Source: Betaproteobacteria bacterium
Lineage (GTDB): Bacteria > Pseudomonadota > Gammaproteobacteria > Burkholderiales > JACQAP01
Direction: 5' to 3'
Assembly (NCBI GenBank): GCA_039930785.1
Contig: JBDTTE010000003.1
Span: forward strand, 1-45,498
DNA: 45,498 bases
Program-made: the position numbers and the translations under genes
The notes under the pieces: model-generated
Databases searched by the model: none
Seen by the model: the letters and a program-made list of their open reading frames with translations, nothing else
What the model was told of the DNA's origin: nothing
Shown here: piece by piece, positions 1 to 9,154 of the stretch
Layout of the letters: each line of letters opens with the position of its first letter
Numbering within the stretch: position 1 is the stretch's first letter

Positions 1-1163
1 GTCTCCACGTTCTTGGCATCCGGTGTTTGCACCAGCAGGCCGCCGCCGACGCGCTTGGTGTCGAGCGGATTGTGTCCGCCGCCAAGCGCAACTTCCAGCA
101 CGCGCACGTTGGTTTTCTTTGCCAGCACGGCGGTCACGTCCGCGCCTATGCGCGGCGCGATCAATACTTCCATGAACTGCTGGGAGACGGCCTCTGCGGT
201 CTGTGCGTCGATCTCGCGGTTGAAGGCGATGATGCCGCCGAAAGCCGAGGTCGGATCGGTCTTGAATGCACGCCGGTAGGCTTCGGCCGTGTCCGCGCCG
301 ATGGCCACTCCGCACGGATTCGCGTGTTTGACGATGACGCACGCCGGCTCCGCGAAAGTCTTCACGCATTCCCAGGCGGCGTCGGCGTCGGCGATGTTGT
401 TGTAGGACAACTCCTTGCCTTGCAACTGGCGATAGTTGCCGAGCGTGCCGGCGGCCGGACCTGGATCGCGATAGAACGCTGCTTGCTGGTGCGGATTTTC
501 GCCGTAGCGCAAATCCTGCACCTTCGCGAAGCTCATGTTGATCTGCTCGGGAAAGGCCGTGCGCTTGCCGAGGCTATCCGTCGCCGTCAGGTAATTGCTG
601 ATCGCGCCGTCGTATGCGGCCGTGTGCGAAAACGCCTTCCGCGCCAGGCGATAGCGGGTTTCCTCGCTGATCGCACCGCCGGCGGCCTTCATCTCGGCCG
701 CAAGTACGGAATAGTCGGCCGGATCCGTGACCACCGCTACATGTCGCCAGTTTTTCGCCGCGGCGCGCACCATCGTGGGCCCGCCGATATCGATGTTCTC
801 GATGGCATCATCGAGCGTGCAATCCGGATTTGCGACGGTCTGCACGAAGGGATACAGGTTCACGGCCACAAGATCGATGGTTTGAAAACCGGCGCCACCG
901 AGCGCCTGCATGTGTTCGGGAACATCGCGTCGGGCAAGGATGCCCGCATGCACCTTCGGATGCAGCGTCTTTACGCGCCCGTCGAGCATTTCCGGGAAGC
1001 CGGTGTAATCGCCGATCTCAATGACAGGGACGCCCGCCTCGCGCAAAAGCCTTGCCGTGCCGCCCGTTGAAAGGATGTCGAAGCCGAAGGCGTGCAGGGC
1101 GCGCGCAAAATCCGCGGCACCGGTTTTGTCGGACAGGCTGATCAGGGCTTTGCGCTTGTTCAT
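1..1163 (-). CDS. purH: Bifunctional AICAR transformylase/IMP cyclohydrolase (runs off the window edge)
   Basis: Not in the ORF track. Manual translation from ATG at 1163: [15 protein letters not shown]...[22 protein letters not shown]...[15 protein letters not shown]...[13 protein letters not shown]. Classic dusB-fis-purH synteny. Confidence 0.96.
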   Translation of the reverse strand, partial: MNKRKALISLSDKTGAADFARALHAFGFDILSTGGTARLLREAGVPVIEIGDYTGFPEMLDGRVKTLHPKVHAGILARRDVPEHMQALGGAGFQTIDLVAVNLYPFVQTVANPDCTLDDAIENIDIGGPTMVRAAAKNWRHVAVVTDPADYSVLAAEMKAAGGAISEETRYRLARKAFSHTAAYDGAISNYLTATDSLGKRTAFPEQINMSFAKVQDLRYGENPHQQAAFYRDPGPAAGTLGNYRQLQGKELSYNNIADADAAWECVKTFAEPACVIVKHANPCGVAIGADTAEAYRRAFKTDPTSAFGGIIAFNREIDAQTAEAVSQQFMEVLIAPRIGADVTAVLAKKTNVRVLEVALGGGHNPLDTKRVGGGLLVQTPDAKNVE

Positions 1164-1175
1164 CGATAGCGGTTC

Positions 1176-1209
1176 AAAAGTAAACCGCCCGTCGATCATC
1201 GACGGGCGG
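1176..1209 (-). terminator. Intrinsic terminator-like hairpin between fis and purH
   Basis: Perfect 12-bp inverted repeat CCGCCCGTCGAT/ATCGACGGGCGG (1185-1209), followed on the minus strand by TTTACTTTT. Confidence 0.6.
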
Positions 1210-1235
1210 CGTAGTCGGGCGGCGGCATCGCCAGC

Positions 1236-1472
1236 TTACTTGATGCCGTAGTCCTTCATCTTCTTGCGCAGGGTGTTGCGGTTCAGACCCAGCAACTGCG
1301 CAGCCTGCGTCTGGTTGCCGGAAACACGGTGCAGCACGATCTCCAATAAAGGCTTCTCGACAGAATGCATGACCATGTCGTATATCGCACACGGGCGCTC
1401 GCCATCGAGGTCGCGGAAGTAGCCGTCCATTGCCCTGCGCACGCAGCGGGCGATTTCGTTTTCATTGATCAT
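1236..1472 (-). CDS. fis: Fis family DNA-binding protein
   Basis: VEKPLLEIVL...GNQTQAAQLLGLNRNTLRKKM HTH. ATG at 1472 overlaps the dusB stop (ATGA). Confidence 0.95.
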   Translation of the reverse strand: MINENEIARCVRRAMDGYFRDLDGERPCAIYDMVMHSVEKPLLEIVLHRVSGNQTQAAQLLGLNRNTLRKKMKDYGIK

Positions 1473-2476
1473 GCCGCCAGTTCCCCGATGTAGTTCAGGC
1501 ACCCGCCGTGGGACGAAAGTCCGTCCAGGAAGTGTTCCACCGCGGCCAGTTGCGCCGTCACGGTGTCCAGCCTGTTCATCGCCTGGCGGAATTCATTTCC
1601 CCCCGCCAGTCCCTTGACATACCAGCCGATATGCTTGCGCGCGATGCGCACGCCAGCCTCGTCGCCGTAAAGCGCGTACAGGTTATGCAAGTGCTGTACC
1701 AGCACGTCGCGAATCTCGGCAATGCGCGGCGCAGGCAGGTGGGTGCCGTTCTCGAGATAATGCGCGATCTCGCGAAAAATCCACGGCCGGCCCTGTGCGG
1801 CGCGACCAATCATGAGCGCATCGGCGCCGGTGCGCCGCAGCACTTCACGGGCTTTTTCCGGAGAATCGATGTCGCCGTTGGCGATTACCGGAATGGAGAC
1901 ACAAGCTTTCACTTCGGCGATGGTTTCGTACTCCACCGCGCCGACAAAAGCGCAGGCGCGCGTGCGGCCGTGGATGGACAAGGCTTTGACGCCGGCGGAT
2001 TGCGCGATCGTTGCAACGCGCACCGCGTTGCGGTTCTGCAGATTCCAGCCGGTGCGAATTTTCAAAGTCACCGGAATGTCGACCGCCGCCACCACGGCAT
2101 CGAGGATCCTGCCGACCAGCGGTTCATCCTGAAGCAATGCCGAACCGGCTGCGACGTTGCAAACCTTCTTGGCGGGGCAGCCCATGTTGATGTCGATGAT
2201 TTGCGCGCCGCGATCCGCGTTGTAGCGCGCCGCGTGTGCCATCGCGGCGGGATCGGAACCGGCGATCTGCACCGATATGGGATCGACTTCACCTTCGTGG
2301 TCCGCGCGCAGGCGGGATTTTTTCGTGTTCCAGAGTTGCGCGTTGGAAGACAACATTTCCGACACCGCCATGCCTGCGCCCATGGACTTGCACAATTGCC
2401 GGAAAGGCCGATCCGTCACCCCGGCCATCGGCGCGACGATCAGATTGTTCCTGAGGAAATATGGACCGATCTGCAT
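1469..2476 (-). CDS. dusB: tRNA-dihydrouridine synthase B
   Basis: APMAGVTDRPFR, IDINMGCPAKKV, HGRTR motifs; lies upstream of fis. Confidence 0.96.
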   Translation of the reverse strand: MQIGPYFLRNNLIVAPMAGVTDRPFRQLCKSMGAGMAVSEMLSSNAQLWNTKKSRLRADHEGEVDPISVQIAGSDPAAMAHAARYNADRGAQIIDINMGCPAKKVCNVAAGSALLQDEPLVGRILDAVVAAVDIPVTLKIRTGWNLQNRNAVRVATIAQSAGVKALSIHGRTRACAFVGAVEYETIAEVKACVSIPVIANGDIDSPEKAREVLRRTGADALMIGRAAQGRPWIFREIAHYLENGTHLPAPRIAEIRDVLVQHLHNLYALYGDEAGVRIARKHIGWYVKGLAGGNEFRQAMNRLDTVTAQLAAVEHFLDGLSSHGGCLNYIGELAA

Positions 2477-2500
2477 TTCGGCGCCGGACAAAAAAACGGA

Positions 2501-2533
2501 CCGCCATTCTAGCGCAATGATCGCGCGATGGAA
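2501..2533 (-). promoter_or_regulatory. Putative sigma70 promoter of dusB-fis with GC-rich discriminator
   Basis: Minus strand TTCCAT-N16-TAGAAT followed by GGCGG. Confidence 0.4.
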
Positions 2534-2551
2534 GCCGCAAAAAGAAATCCC

Positions 2552-3715
2552 TCAGCGCGACGCGCCGAAGATCATGCGCTGCATGAAGGCGCGTTTTGCC
2601 AGCGGAAACAATCCAAGCATGGACAGCGCGGCGCCGCGTGTCGCGCGCAGCGGGCCGACATCGTTGGAGAAAATCTTGACCAGCGAATGGGTTAGCGCGA
2701 TGCCGCGCATGCGATCGGGGCGGCGCGCCTTGCGATACCGCGCCAGGCATTCGTCGCTGCCCGGATCCCGCGCGGTGGAGTGGAACAAAATGTCCGCCAG
2801 TTCCCATGCGTCGCGCAAACCCAGGTTGAATCCCTGTCCGGCGATCGGGTGCAAGGACTGCGCCGCATTGCCGAGCATGACCGTGCGCTCAAGCACCGGG
2901 TCGGTGGCATAACGCAACGCCAGCGGAAAACGCGCGCGTGCGTCGATCGATTCGAAGCGTCCCGCTCGATCGCCGAAATGCCGCTGGAGTTGCAGAAGGA
3001 ACTCATCGGACGGGAGCGCGATCAGGCGCTGGGCCTCCTCGGGCGTCGCCGTCCAGATCAGCGCGTAGCGGTCCTCGAATGGCAGCAGCGCGACCGGGCC
3101 GTCCGGCGTGAAGCGCTCGAAGGCGCGACGCGTGTGCGGCCGCGAAGTACCGACGAGGCCCACGAGTGCGTGTTGATCGTAGTCCTGCGTTTTGATTTCG
3201 GCGCCGGCTTGAACGCCGGCAACCCCACCGCCATCGGCAATCACCAGCAGTCGAGCCGTCACCGAACCAGCCTCGGCCCCTTTTGCATATTCGATCGAGA
3301 TGCCGTCGTCGGTCGGCGTGACGCCGGCGACAGTCGCGCCGGCCAGCAGGGCCGCCTGCGTTTCGCCCAGCGCGGCACCGAAGGCCCGCTGCAGCGCGGC
3401 GTAGCGTACGACATAGCCCAGCGCCGGAACGTCCGCTTCCGACGCGTCGAGCACCGTGCGGCCGAAGCCGCCGCGTTGCGAAACGTGAATGGAGGTTATC
3501 GGCGTCGCAGACGCGATGCGCGCCCAGATGCCGAGGCGTTCTAGAATGAGCCGGCTGCCGTAGGACATGGCCAGCGTACGCGCGTCATCGCTGACTGCCG
3601 CGTCGGTGCGCGCTTCAAGCAACGCGACCGACAGGCCGGCATCGCGCAGCGCGATCGCGACTGCGGCGCCCACGGGCCCCGCGCCGACAATGGCGATGTC
3701 GAAGTCGTGAGACAT
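2552..3715 (-). CDS. ubiH: UbiH-family FAD-dependent hydroxylase (ubiquinone biosynthesis)
   Basis: GAGPVG Rossmann motif, ADG, LGNAAQSLHPIAGQGFNLGLRD; pepP-ubiH synteny. Confidence 0.88.
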   Translation of the reverse strand: MSHDFDIAIVGAGPVGAAVAIALRDAGLSVALLEARTDAAVSDDARTLAMSYGSRLILERLGIWARIASATPITSIHVSQRGGFGRTVLDASEADVPALGYVVRYAALQRAFGAALGETQAALLAGATVAGVTPTDDGISIEYAKGAEAGSVTARLLVIADGGGVAGVQAGAEIKTQDYDQHALVGLVGTSRPHTRRAFERFTPDGPVALLPFEDRYALIWTATPEEAQRLIALPSDEFLLQLQRHFGDRAGRFESIDARARFPLALRYATDPVLERTVMLGNAAQSLHPIAGQGFNLGLRDAWELADILFHSTARDPGSDECLARYRKARRPDRMRGIALTHSLVKIFSNDVGPLRATRGAALSMLGLFPLAKRAFMQRMIFGASR

Positions 3716-3725
3716 TGATTGAAGG

Positions 3726-5027
3726 TTATCCGCGCATCAGCGCTTCGATGTCGGCTACCGATTTCGGCGCGGCGGCGGTGATGATCTCGCAGCCAGTACC
3801 GGTAACCAGCGCATCGTCTTCGATGCGCACGCCGATGTTCCAGAATTCCTTCGGAACGTCGTCGGCTGGACGCACGTAGCAACCCGGCTCGACGGTCAGG
3901 ACCATGCCGGCCTTGAGCGCCAGCCAGGTCCCGTCGCGTTTGTAGTCTCCCGCGTCGTGCACATCCATGCCCAGCCAGTGTCCGGTGCGATGCATGTAAA
4001 AGCGCCGATAGTCACCCGACTCGATGACCCCCGCCGCGCTGCCCTTGCAAAGCCCAAGGTCGACCATGCCTTGCGCCAGCACTTTGACCGCCGCGTCGTG
4101 TGGCGCTTCCCATGGATTGCCGGGTTTCACCTGCTCGATCGCTGCCTGCTGTGCGCCGAGCACCAGTTCGTAAATGTCGCGCTGCGGTCCTGAGAACTTG
4201 CCTGCGACCGGAAACGTGCGCGTGATGTCCGATGCGTAACCATCCAGTTCACAGCCCGCGTCGATCAGCACGACGTCCCCGTCATTCAGCACGGCGTCGT
4301 TCTGCACGTAATGCAGCACGCAGGCATTCGCGCCGCCGGCGACGATCGACGTGTAGGCCGGCGACTGCGCGCCGCGACGGCGAAACTCGTGGAGCAACTC
4401 GGCCTCCAGTTCGTATTCGCGCATGCCCGGGCGCGCGGCGCGCATGGCTCGGCGGTGCGCCTCCGCGGAAATGGCCGCGGCACGCTTCATGACGTCGATC
4501 TCGTACTCGTCCTTGACCAGCCGCATGTCGTCGAGCAGCCTGCGCACATCGCGAATCTCGCCCGGTGCCGTGACGCCGGACCGGGCCTGCGCGCGGACCT
4601 TGTTGATCCAGCCGATGACCTGCGCATCCCACGCGGCGTCGGAACCGACATCGCAGAAAACGGCCGATTGGTCGGCGAGCAGCTTCGGCAGGATCTCGTC
4701 GAGCGCTCCGACAGAATGCGTTTCGTCGATACCGAACTCGACTTGCGCCTGTTCCGGCCCATAGCGGAAACCATCCCAGATTTCGCGCTCGATATCCTTC
4801 TCGCGGCAGAACAGGATGCTCTTCGGCTTTTCGCCACTGAGCAAAACCAGCACGGCCTCGGGCTCGGGAAACCCGGTGAGATAGTGGAAATAACTGTCGA
4901 AGCGAAACGGGTAGGATGAATCGCGGTTGCGCAGTCGTTCGTGCGCGGTGCGCAGCACGGCGACGCCGTTTCCCATGGCGGCAGCGAGGCGGGCGCGGCG
5001 ACGCGCATACAGGGCGGAATCGATCAT
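3726..5027 (-). CDS. pepP: Xaa-Pro aminopeptidase
   Basis: DAGCELDGYASDITRTFP, HRTGHWLGMDVHD, TVEPGCY, GVRIEDD. Start taken as ATG 5027 (MIDSALY). Confidence 0.95.
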   Translation of the reverse strand: MIDSALYARRRARLAAAMGNGVAVLRTAHERLRNRDSSYPFRFDSYFHYLTGFPEPEAVLVLLSGEKPKSILFCREKDIEREIWDGFRYGPEQAQVEFGIDETHSVGALDEILPKLLADQSAVFCDVGSDAAWDAQVIGWINKVRAQARSGVTAPGEIRDVRRLLDDMRLVKDEYEIDVMKRAAAISAEAHRRAMRAARPGMREYELEAELLHEFRRRGAQSPAYTSIVAGGANACVLHYVQNDAVLNDGDVVLIDAGCELDGYASDITRTFPVAGKFSGPQRDIYELVLGAQQAAIEQVKPGNPWEAPHDAAVKVLAQGMVDLGLCKGSAAGVIESGDYRRFYMHRTGHWLGMDVHDAGDYKRDGTWLALKAGMVLTVEPGCYVRPADDVPKEFWNIGVRIEDDALVTGTGCEIITAAAPKSVADIEALMRG

Positions 5028-5095
5028 GGGAGCCGGACCATCCAAAAGGGGGATGGTCCGATTATACGGCGACTGTCCGGCGCGCCCGGCGCACG

Positions 5096-5803
5096 TCAGT
5101 TTGCGGGACGCTGCGCCAGTCGGGCTTCGAGCATCGCCAGCCGTTGCGGTGTGCCGATGTCGTCCCACTCACCGGAAAAATGTTCGCCCGCTATCCGGCC
5201 CTGCTCCATTTGCGCGCGCAGCAGCGGCGCGAGCGCGTGCCGGCTGCCCGGGACGACCGGATCGAAGAGGGTCGATCGGTATACGCCCAGGCCGCTGAAT
5301 GTCAGCCGGTTGCGCGCGGTGTCCCGGACCAAACCGCCCTCCAGGCCGAAATCACCTTCGGGATGCTGCGGCGGATTGTCGACCAGCACCAGGTGCGCGA
5401 GCTTCGTCAAATCCAGTGTGGCGATCACCTGCGCGAAACGGCCATAGTCGTAGTCGCTGTACACGTCGGCGTTGATGACGGCAAACACCGGCGCTCCGAT
5501 CAGTGCCAGCGCATTGCGAATTCCGCCGGCCGTTTCCAGCGCTTCACGCTCGGGCGAAAACCGGACCGCGAGATTCCACCGGCTGCCGTCGCCCACCGCG
5601 GCTTCGATCTGCGCGCCAAGATGGGCGTGATTGACGACGACCGTGCCGAATCCGGCGTGCGCGAGTTTTTCGAGGTGGCGAAAGATCAGCGGTTGGCCGC
5701 CGACCTGCAGCAGCGACTTCGGCGTGTGATCGGTCAGCGGGCGCATCCGCTCGCCGCGACCTGCGGCGAGGATCATGGCGACCGGCGCATGCGTCACCGG
5801 CAA
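5096..5803 (-). CDS. murU: N-acetylmuramate alpha-1-phosphate uridylyltransferase
   Basis: AMILAAGRGERMRPLTDHTPK, LETAGGI, WDDIGTP; adjacent to amgK. Start could be GTG at 5797. Confidence 0.88.
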   Translation of the reverse strand: MPVTHAPVAMILAAGRGERMRPLTDHTPKSLLQVGGQPLIFRHLEKLAHAGFGTVVVNHAHLGAQIEAAVGDGSRWNLAVRFSPEREALETAGGIRNALALIGAPVFAVINADVYSDYDYGRFAQVIATLDLTKLAHLVLVDNPPQHPEGDFGLEGGLVRDTARNRLTFSGLGVYRSTLFDPVVPGSRHALAPLLRAQMEQGRIAGEHFSGEWDDIGTPQRLAMLEARLAQRPAN

Positions 5804-5807
5804 ACTC

Positions 5808-6800
5808 TCAGCTCACCGCGCCTGGCGCCGGCGCGGGCTCGGGCAACTGGTCGAGCAACCGCAGCAAGGGCGTCAGCGACGCGTAGCGTCCGGCAACGGC
5901 CCGTACGTAGTTGAGGAAGCGCGGCGTGTCCTTGACGTAGTGTGGTTTGCCGTCGCGATGGCAGATGCGCGCAAAGATGCCGAGCACTTTGAGGTGTCGC
6001 TGCAGCCCCATCCATTCGAAGTCGCGATAAAACTCGCCGAAATCGGCATTGACCGGAAGCTTCGCGCGACGCGCCCGCTCCCAGTAGCGAATCGTCCAGT
6101 CCAGCACGCGTGCTTCCTCCCAGCTCAGGAACGCGTCCTTGAACAGCGACGCCACGTCGTACGTGATCGGGCCGTGAACGGCATCCTGAAAATCCAGCAC
6201 GCCGGGATTGGGTTGCGACACCATGAGATTTCGCGGCATGTAGTCGCGATGAACAAAGGTTCGCGGTTGCCCGAGGTTGCTTGCGATAATGAGCCTGAAG
6301 ATCGCTTCCATCGATTCGCGCTGGCCGGCGTCCAGGTCGACGCCGAGATGGCGCTTCACGTACCAGACGGGAAACAGGTCGAGCTCGCGTCGCAGCAAGG
6401 CCTCGTCGTAAGGCGGTAAAGCGTTTTCGCGGCTCGCCAGCTGCCATCGGATCAGCGTGTCGATCGCATCGCTGAACAAGGCGTCCGCATTGTCCTCGTT
6501 GATCGCGGCGAGGTAAGTGGTCGAACCGAGGTCGGACAGCAGGAGGAAGCCTTGTTCGAGATCCTGGCCGAGTATCGCGGGTACGTGCAGGCCGGCGGCG
6601 GCCATGAGTCCGGCGACGTGTACGAAGGGCCGGCAGTCTTCCTGCGGCGGCGGTGCGTCCATCACGATGAGGGTCTTGTCGCCCAGTGTGATACGGAAGT
6701 AGCGCCGGAAGCTGGCATCGGCGGAAGCCGGAGCGAGGGTGAAGGTCCGGCCGGGAAGCTCGCGGATCAGCCAATCCTGGAGAAGCGCGTCGCGATCCAA
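5808..6800 (-). CDS. amgK: Anomeric MurNAc/GlcNAc kinase (APH-fold)
   Basis: ASADASFRRYFR, HRDYMPRNLM, LDFQDA, QRHLKVLGIFAR; divergent from lptD. Confidence 0.9.
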   Translation of the reverse strand: MDRDALLQDWLIRELPGRTFTLAPASADASFRRYFRITLGDKTLIVMDAPPPQEDCRPFVHVAGLMAAAGLHVPAILGQDLEQGFLLLSDLGSTTYLAAINEDNADALFSDAIDTLIRWQLASRENALPPYDEALLRRELDLFPVWYVKRHLGVDLDAGQRESMEAIFRLIIASNLGQPRTFVHRDYMPRNLMVSQPNPGVLDFQDAVHGPITYDVASLFKDAFLSWEEARVLDWTIRYWERARRAKLPVNADFGEFYRDFEWMGLQRHLKVLGIFARICHRDGKPHYVKDTPRFLNYVRAVAGRYASLTPLLRLLDQLPEPAPAPGAVS

Positions 6801-6833
6801 GCTGCTTCGTTGCCTTGAAGAATGATTTGTGAG

Positions 6834-6842
6834 ATTTTAGCA
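6834..6842 (-). promoter_or_regulatory. Extended -10 promoter for amgK-murU
   Basis: Minus strand TGCTAAAAT (TGn-TAAAAT) about 34 nt upstream of the amgK start. Confidence 0.5.
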
Positions 6843-6865
6843 CCTCGCCTCGATCAACAACCCGC

Positions 6866-9085
6866 ATGCACCGTATACGTGTCGCACTGACCATCCTGTC
6901 GTTGATCCTGTATGTCGCCCGCGGCGTGCACGCCGAAGAACCCGGTTTGAAGCTGCGCCTGCAGCCTGAGCTCATTCCCTATTCGTTGGGCAAGGACGAT
7001 CCCACCGACCTGTTTCTCGAAGCCGATGACATCCAGGGTCGCCAGGACCAGGAACTCGACGCCACGGGCAGCGTGCGCCTGCGCAAGCGCGGCGCCGCCC
7101 TGTTCGCCGATCAGGTGCATCTCTCGATGCCGGACCAGCAGACCACGGCGACCGGCCATGTGCGTCTGGAAAGGGACGGCGATCTCATGACCGGCGCCAA
7201 GCTTTTTTATGACTTCGGCGAGGACAGCGGCTCCATGGATGATGCCGACTATCGGATCGCCCGCCTTGGCGCGCGCGGCACCGCACGCCGCATGGTCGCC
7301 GAGAATCGGGATGTCTACCACATCGACAAAACCACCTTCACGAATTGCGAAGTCGGCGACGATGACTGGTACATGCGCATCGACCACCTCGATATCGATC
7401 GCATTCGCGATGTCGGCGTGGCGCGCAACGCCACTGTAGTATTCAAAGGGGTGCCGATCCTGTATTCGCCCTATCTGGATTTTTCCCTGACCGGCCGGCG
7501 CAAGACCGGCTTGTTGCCGCCGACCGTGGGCAGCACCGGTAAAAGCGGTCTCGAATTCACGCAACCATTCTATTGGAACATTGCGCCGAATTATGACGCC
7601 ACGGTGGCGCCGCGCGTGCTCGCCAAGCGCGGGGTGCTGATGAACACCGATTTTCGCTATCTCGAGCCGGATGTGAAGGGCGAGATGCGCGGCGAGTACC
7701 TTCCTCAAGACAGGCAGAAGCAGGAATCGCGCTACGGTTATCTCTGGCAGCACGCGCAGAACTTCGGAAACGGCTTCTCCGGATTGCTGGACTTGCAGGG
7801 AGTGTCGGATGACACTTACTTCACGGACCTGAGCGACAAGATTGCAGCGACGTCGCAAACCAACCTGAATCGCGAAGGCGACCTGTTCTACGACGGGGGA
7901 TGGTGGTCCGTGAATACGCGCGTGCAGCGCTACCAGACCCTGCAGGATCCGCTTGCGCCCGTAGTGCCGCCGTATGCGCGATTGCCGCAGATCACGCTGA
8001 ATATGAACCGGCAATCCGACTACTATCTCGATTTTGGCCTGCAGGGGGAATACGTGGATTTCTCCCATCCGACCTTGCTCAATGGTCGGCGCCAGATCCT
8101 CTATCCGTCAATCAGCGCGCCGTTCCAGAATTCCTATTTTTATTTCACGCCGAAGGTCGGTTACCACACCACGAGTTATTCGTTCGACGACCGGACGCTG
8201 CCGGACCAGACACGCAACCTGCCGATCTACAGCCTCGATAGCGGGCTGACGTTCGAGCGGGACACCGACATCCTGGGGCGGGCCTTTCGCCAGACCCTGG
8301 AGCCGCGGCTTTACTACGTGAACATCCCGTTTCGCCCGCAGAACCAGCTGCCGAATTTCGATACTGCGCTTTCGGATTTCAACCTGGCGCAGATTTTCAC
8401 CGAGAACCAGTTCACCGGTGGCGATCGCATCAATGACGCGAACCAGCTGACCGGGGCGGTCACCAGCCGGTTGATCGATCCCGCGACGGGCGACGAGCAG
8501 ATCCGATTCATCCTGGGACAGCGTTATTACTTCAAGGATCAGGAAGTTTCGCTGGACCCGAGCGACCTGCGGCAATCGTCGCGCTCGGACGTGCTGGCGG
8601 CGGTCAGCGGCCAGTTCACCAAGAGATGGTATGCGGACGCGGGCGTGCAATACAGCACCAGTGACAATAAAATGGCGCGCAGCAACTATACCCTGCGTTA
8701 TCAGCCGGAACCGACCAAGGTCGTGAACTTCGGCTATCGTTTTACGCGCGATTCCCTGGAGCAACTCGATCTTTCCACCGAATGGCCCATCACCGGCCGC
8801 TGGACCGGCCTGGCGCGTTACAACTATTCGCTGCGAGACAAGAACCTTCTGGAGGGTCTTTTGGGTCTTGAGTACAATGCCGGCTGCTGGGCCGCGCGAT
8901 TTGTCCTGCATCGGTTCGTCAGCGGAACCCAGGATTACGTCAACGCAATGTTCTTCCAGCTTGAATTCACCGGTGTGTCGCGAATCGGGTCGAGTCCGCT
9001 GGAGTTGCTGCGCCAGAGTATCGGCGGTTATGAGAAGACCAACCCCAAGACTCCTCCAGATTACAATCCCTTCCCGTCTTTCTGA
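6866..9085 (+). CDS. lptD: LPS assembly outer-membrane beta-barrel
   Basis: Signal peptide, FTNC, PFYWNIAPNYD, QTLEPRLYY, GGDRINDANQ, AGCW; upstream of surA. Confidence 0.95.
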   Translation: MHRIRVALTILSLILYVARGVHAEEPGLKLRLQPELIPYSLGKDDPTDLFLEADDIQGRQDQELDATGSVRLRKRGAALFADQVHLSMPDQQTTATGHVRLERDGDLMTGAKLFYDFGEDSGSMDDADYRIARLGARGTARRMVAENRDVYHIDKTTFTNCEVGDDDWYMRIDHLDIDRIRDVGVARNATVVFKGVPILYSPYLDFSLTGRRKTGLLPPTVGSTGKSGLEFTQPFYWNIAPNYDATVAPRVLAKRGVLMNTDFRYLEPDVKGEMRGEYLPQDRQKQESRYGYLWQHAQNFGNGFSGLLDLQGVSDDTYFTDLSDKIAATSQTNLNREGDLFYDGGWWSVNTRVQRYQTLQDPLAPVVPPYARLPQITLNMNRQSDYYLDFGLQGEYVDFSHPTLLNGRRQILYPSISAPFQNSYFYFTPKVGYHTTSYSFDDRTLPDQTRNLPIYSLDSGLTFERDTDILGRAFRQTLEPRLYYVNIPFRPQNQLPNFDTALSDFNLAQIFTENQFTGGDRINDANQLTGAVTSRLIDPATGDEQIRFILGQRYYFKDQEVSLDPSDLRQSSRSDVLAAVSGQFTKRWYADAGVQYSTSDNKMARSNYTLRYQPEPTKVVNFGYRFTRDSLEQLDLSTEWPITGRWTGLARYNYSLRDKNLLEGLLGLEYNAGCWAARFVLHRFVSGTQDYVNAMFFQLEFTGVSRIGSSPLELLRQSIGGYEKTNPKTPPDYNPFPSF

Positions 9086-9154
9086 CGTTGAGGGCGCCGG
9101 TCGCGCCTGCAGCCGCTGACCGCAATGACACGAACCGGCCAAACGGAAGTGAAA

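Noticed and set aside
27-1070. 347-aa plus-strand ORF
   Set aside because: Shadow of purH, which the ORF track missed because it runs off the window edge.
5096-6800. APH-like kinase plus nucleotidyltransferase as a resistance or novel system
   Set aside because: Matches the established AmgK-MurU peptidoglycan recycling pair in its usual position opposite lptD.
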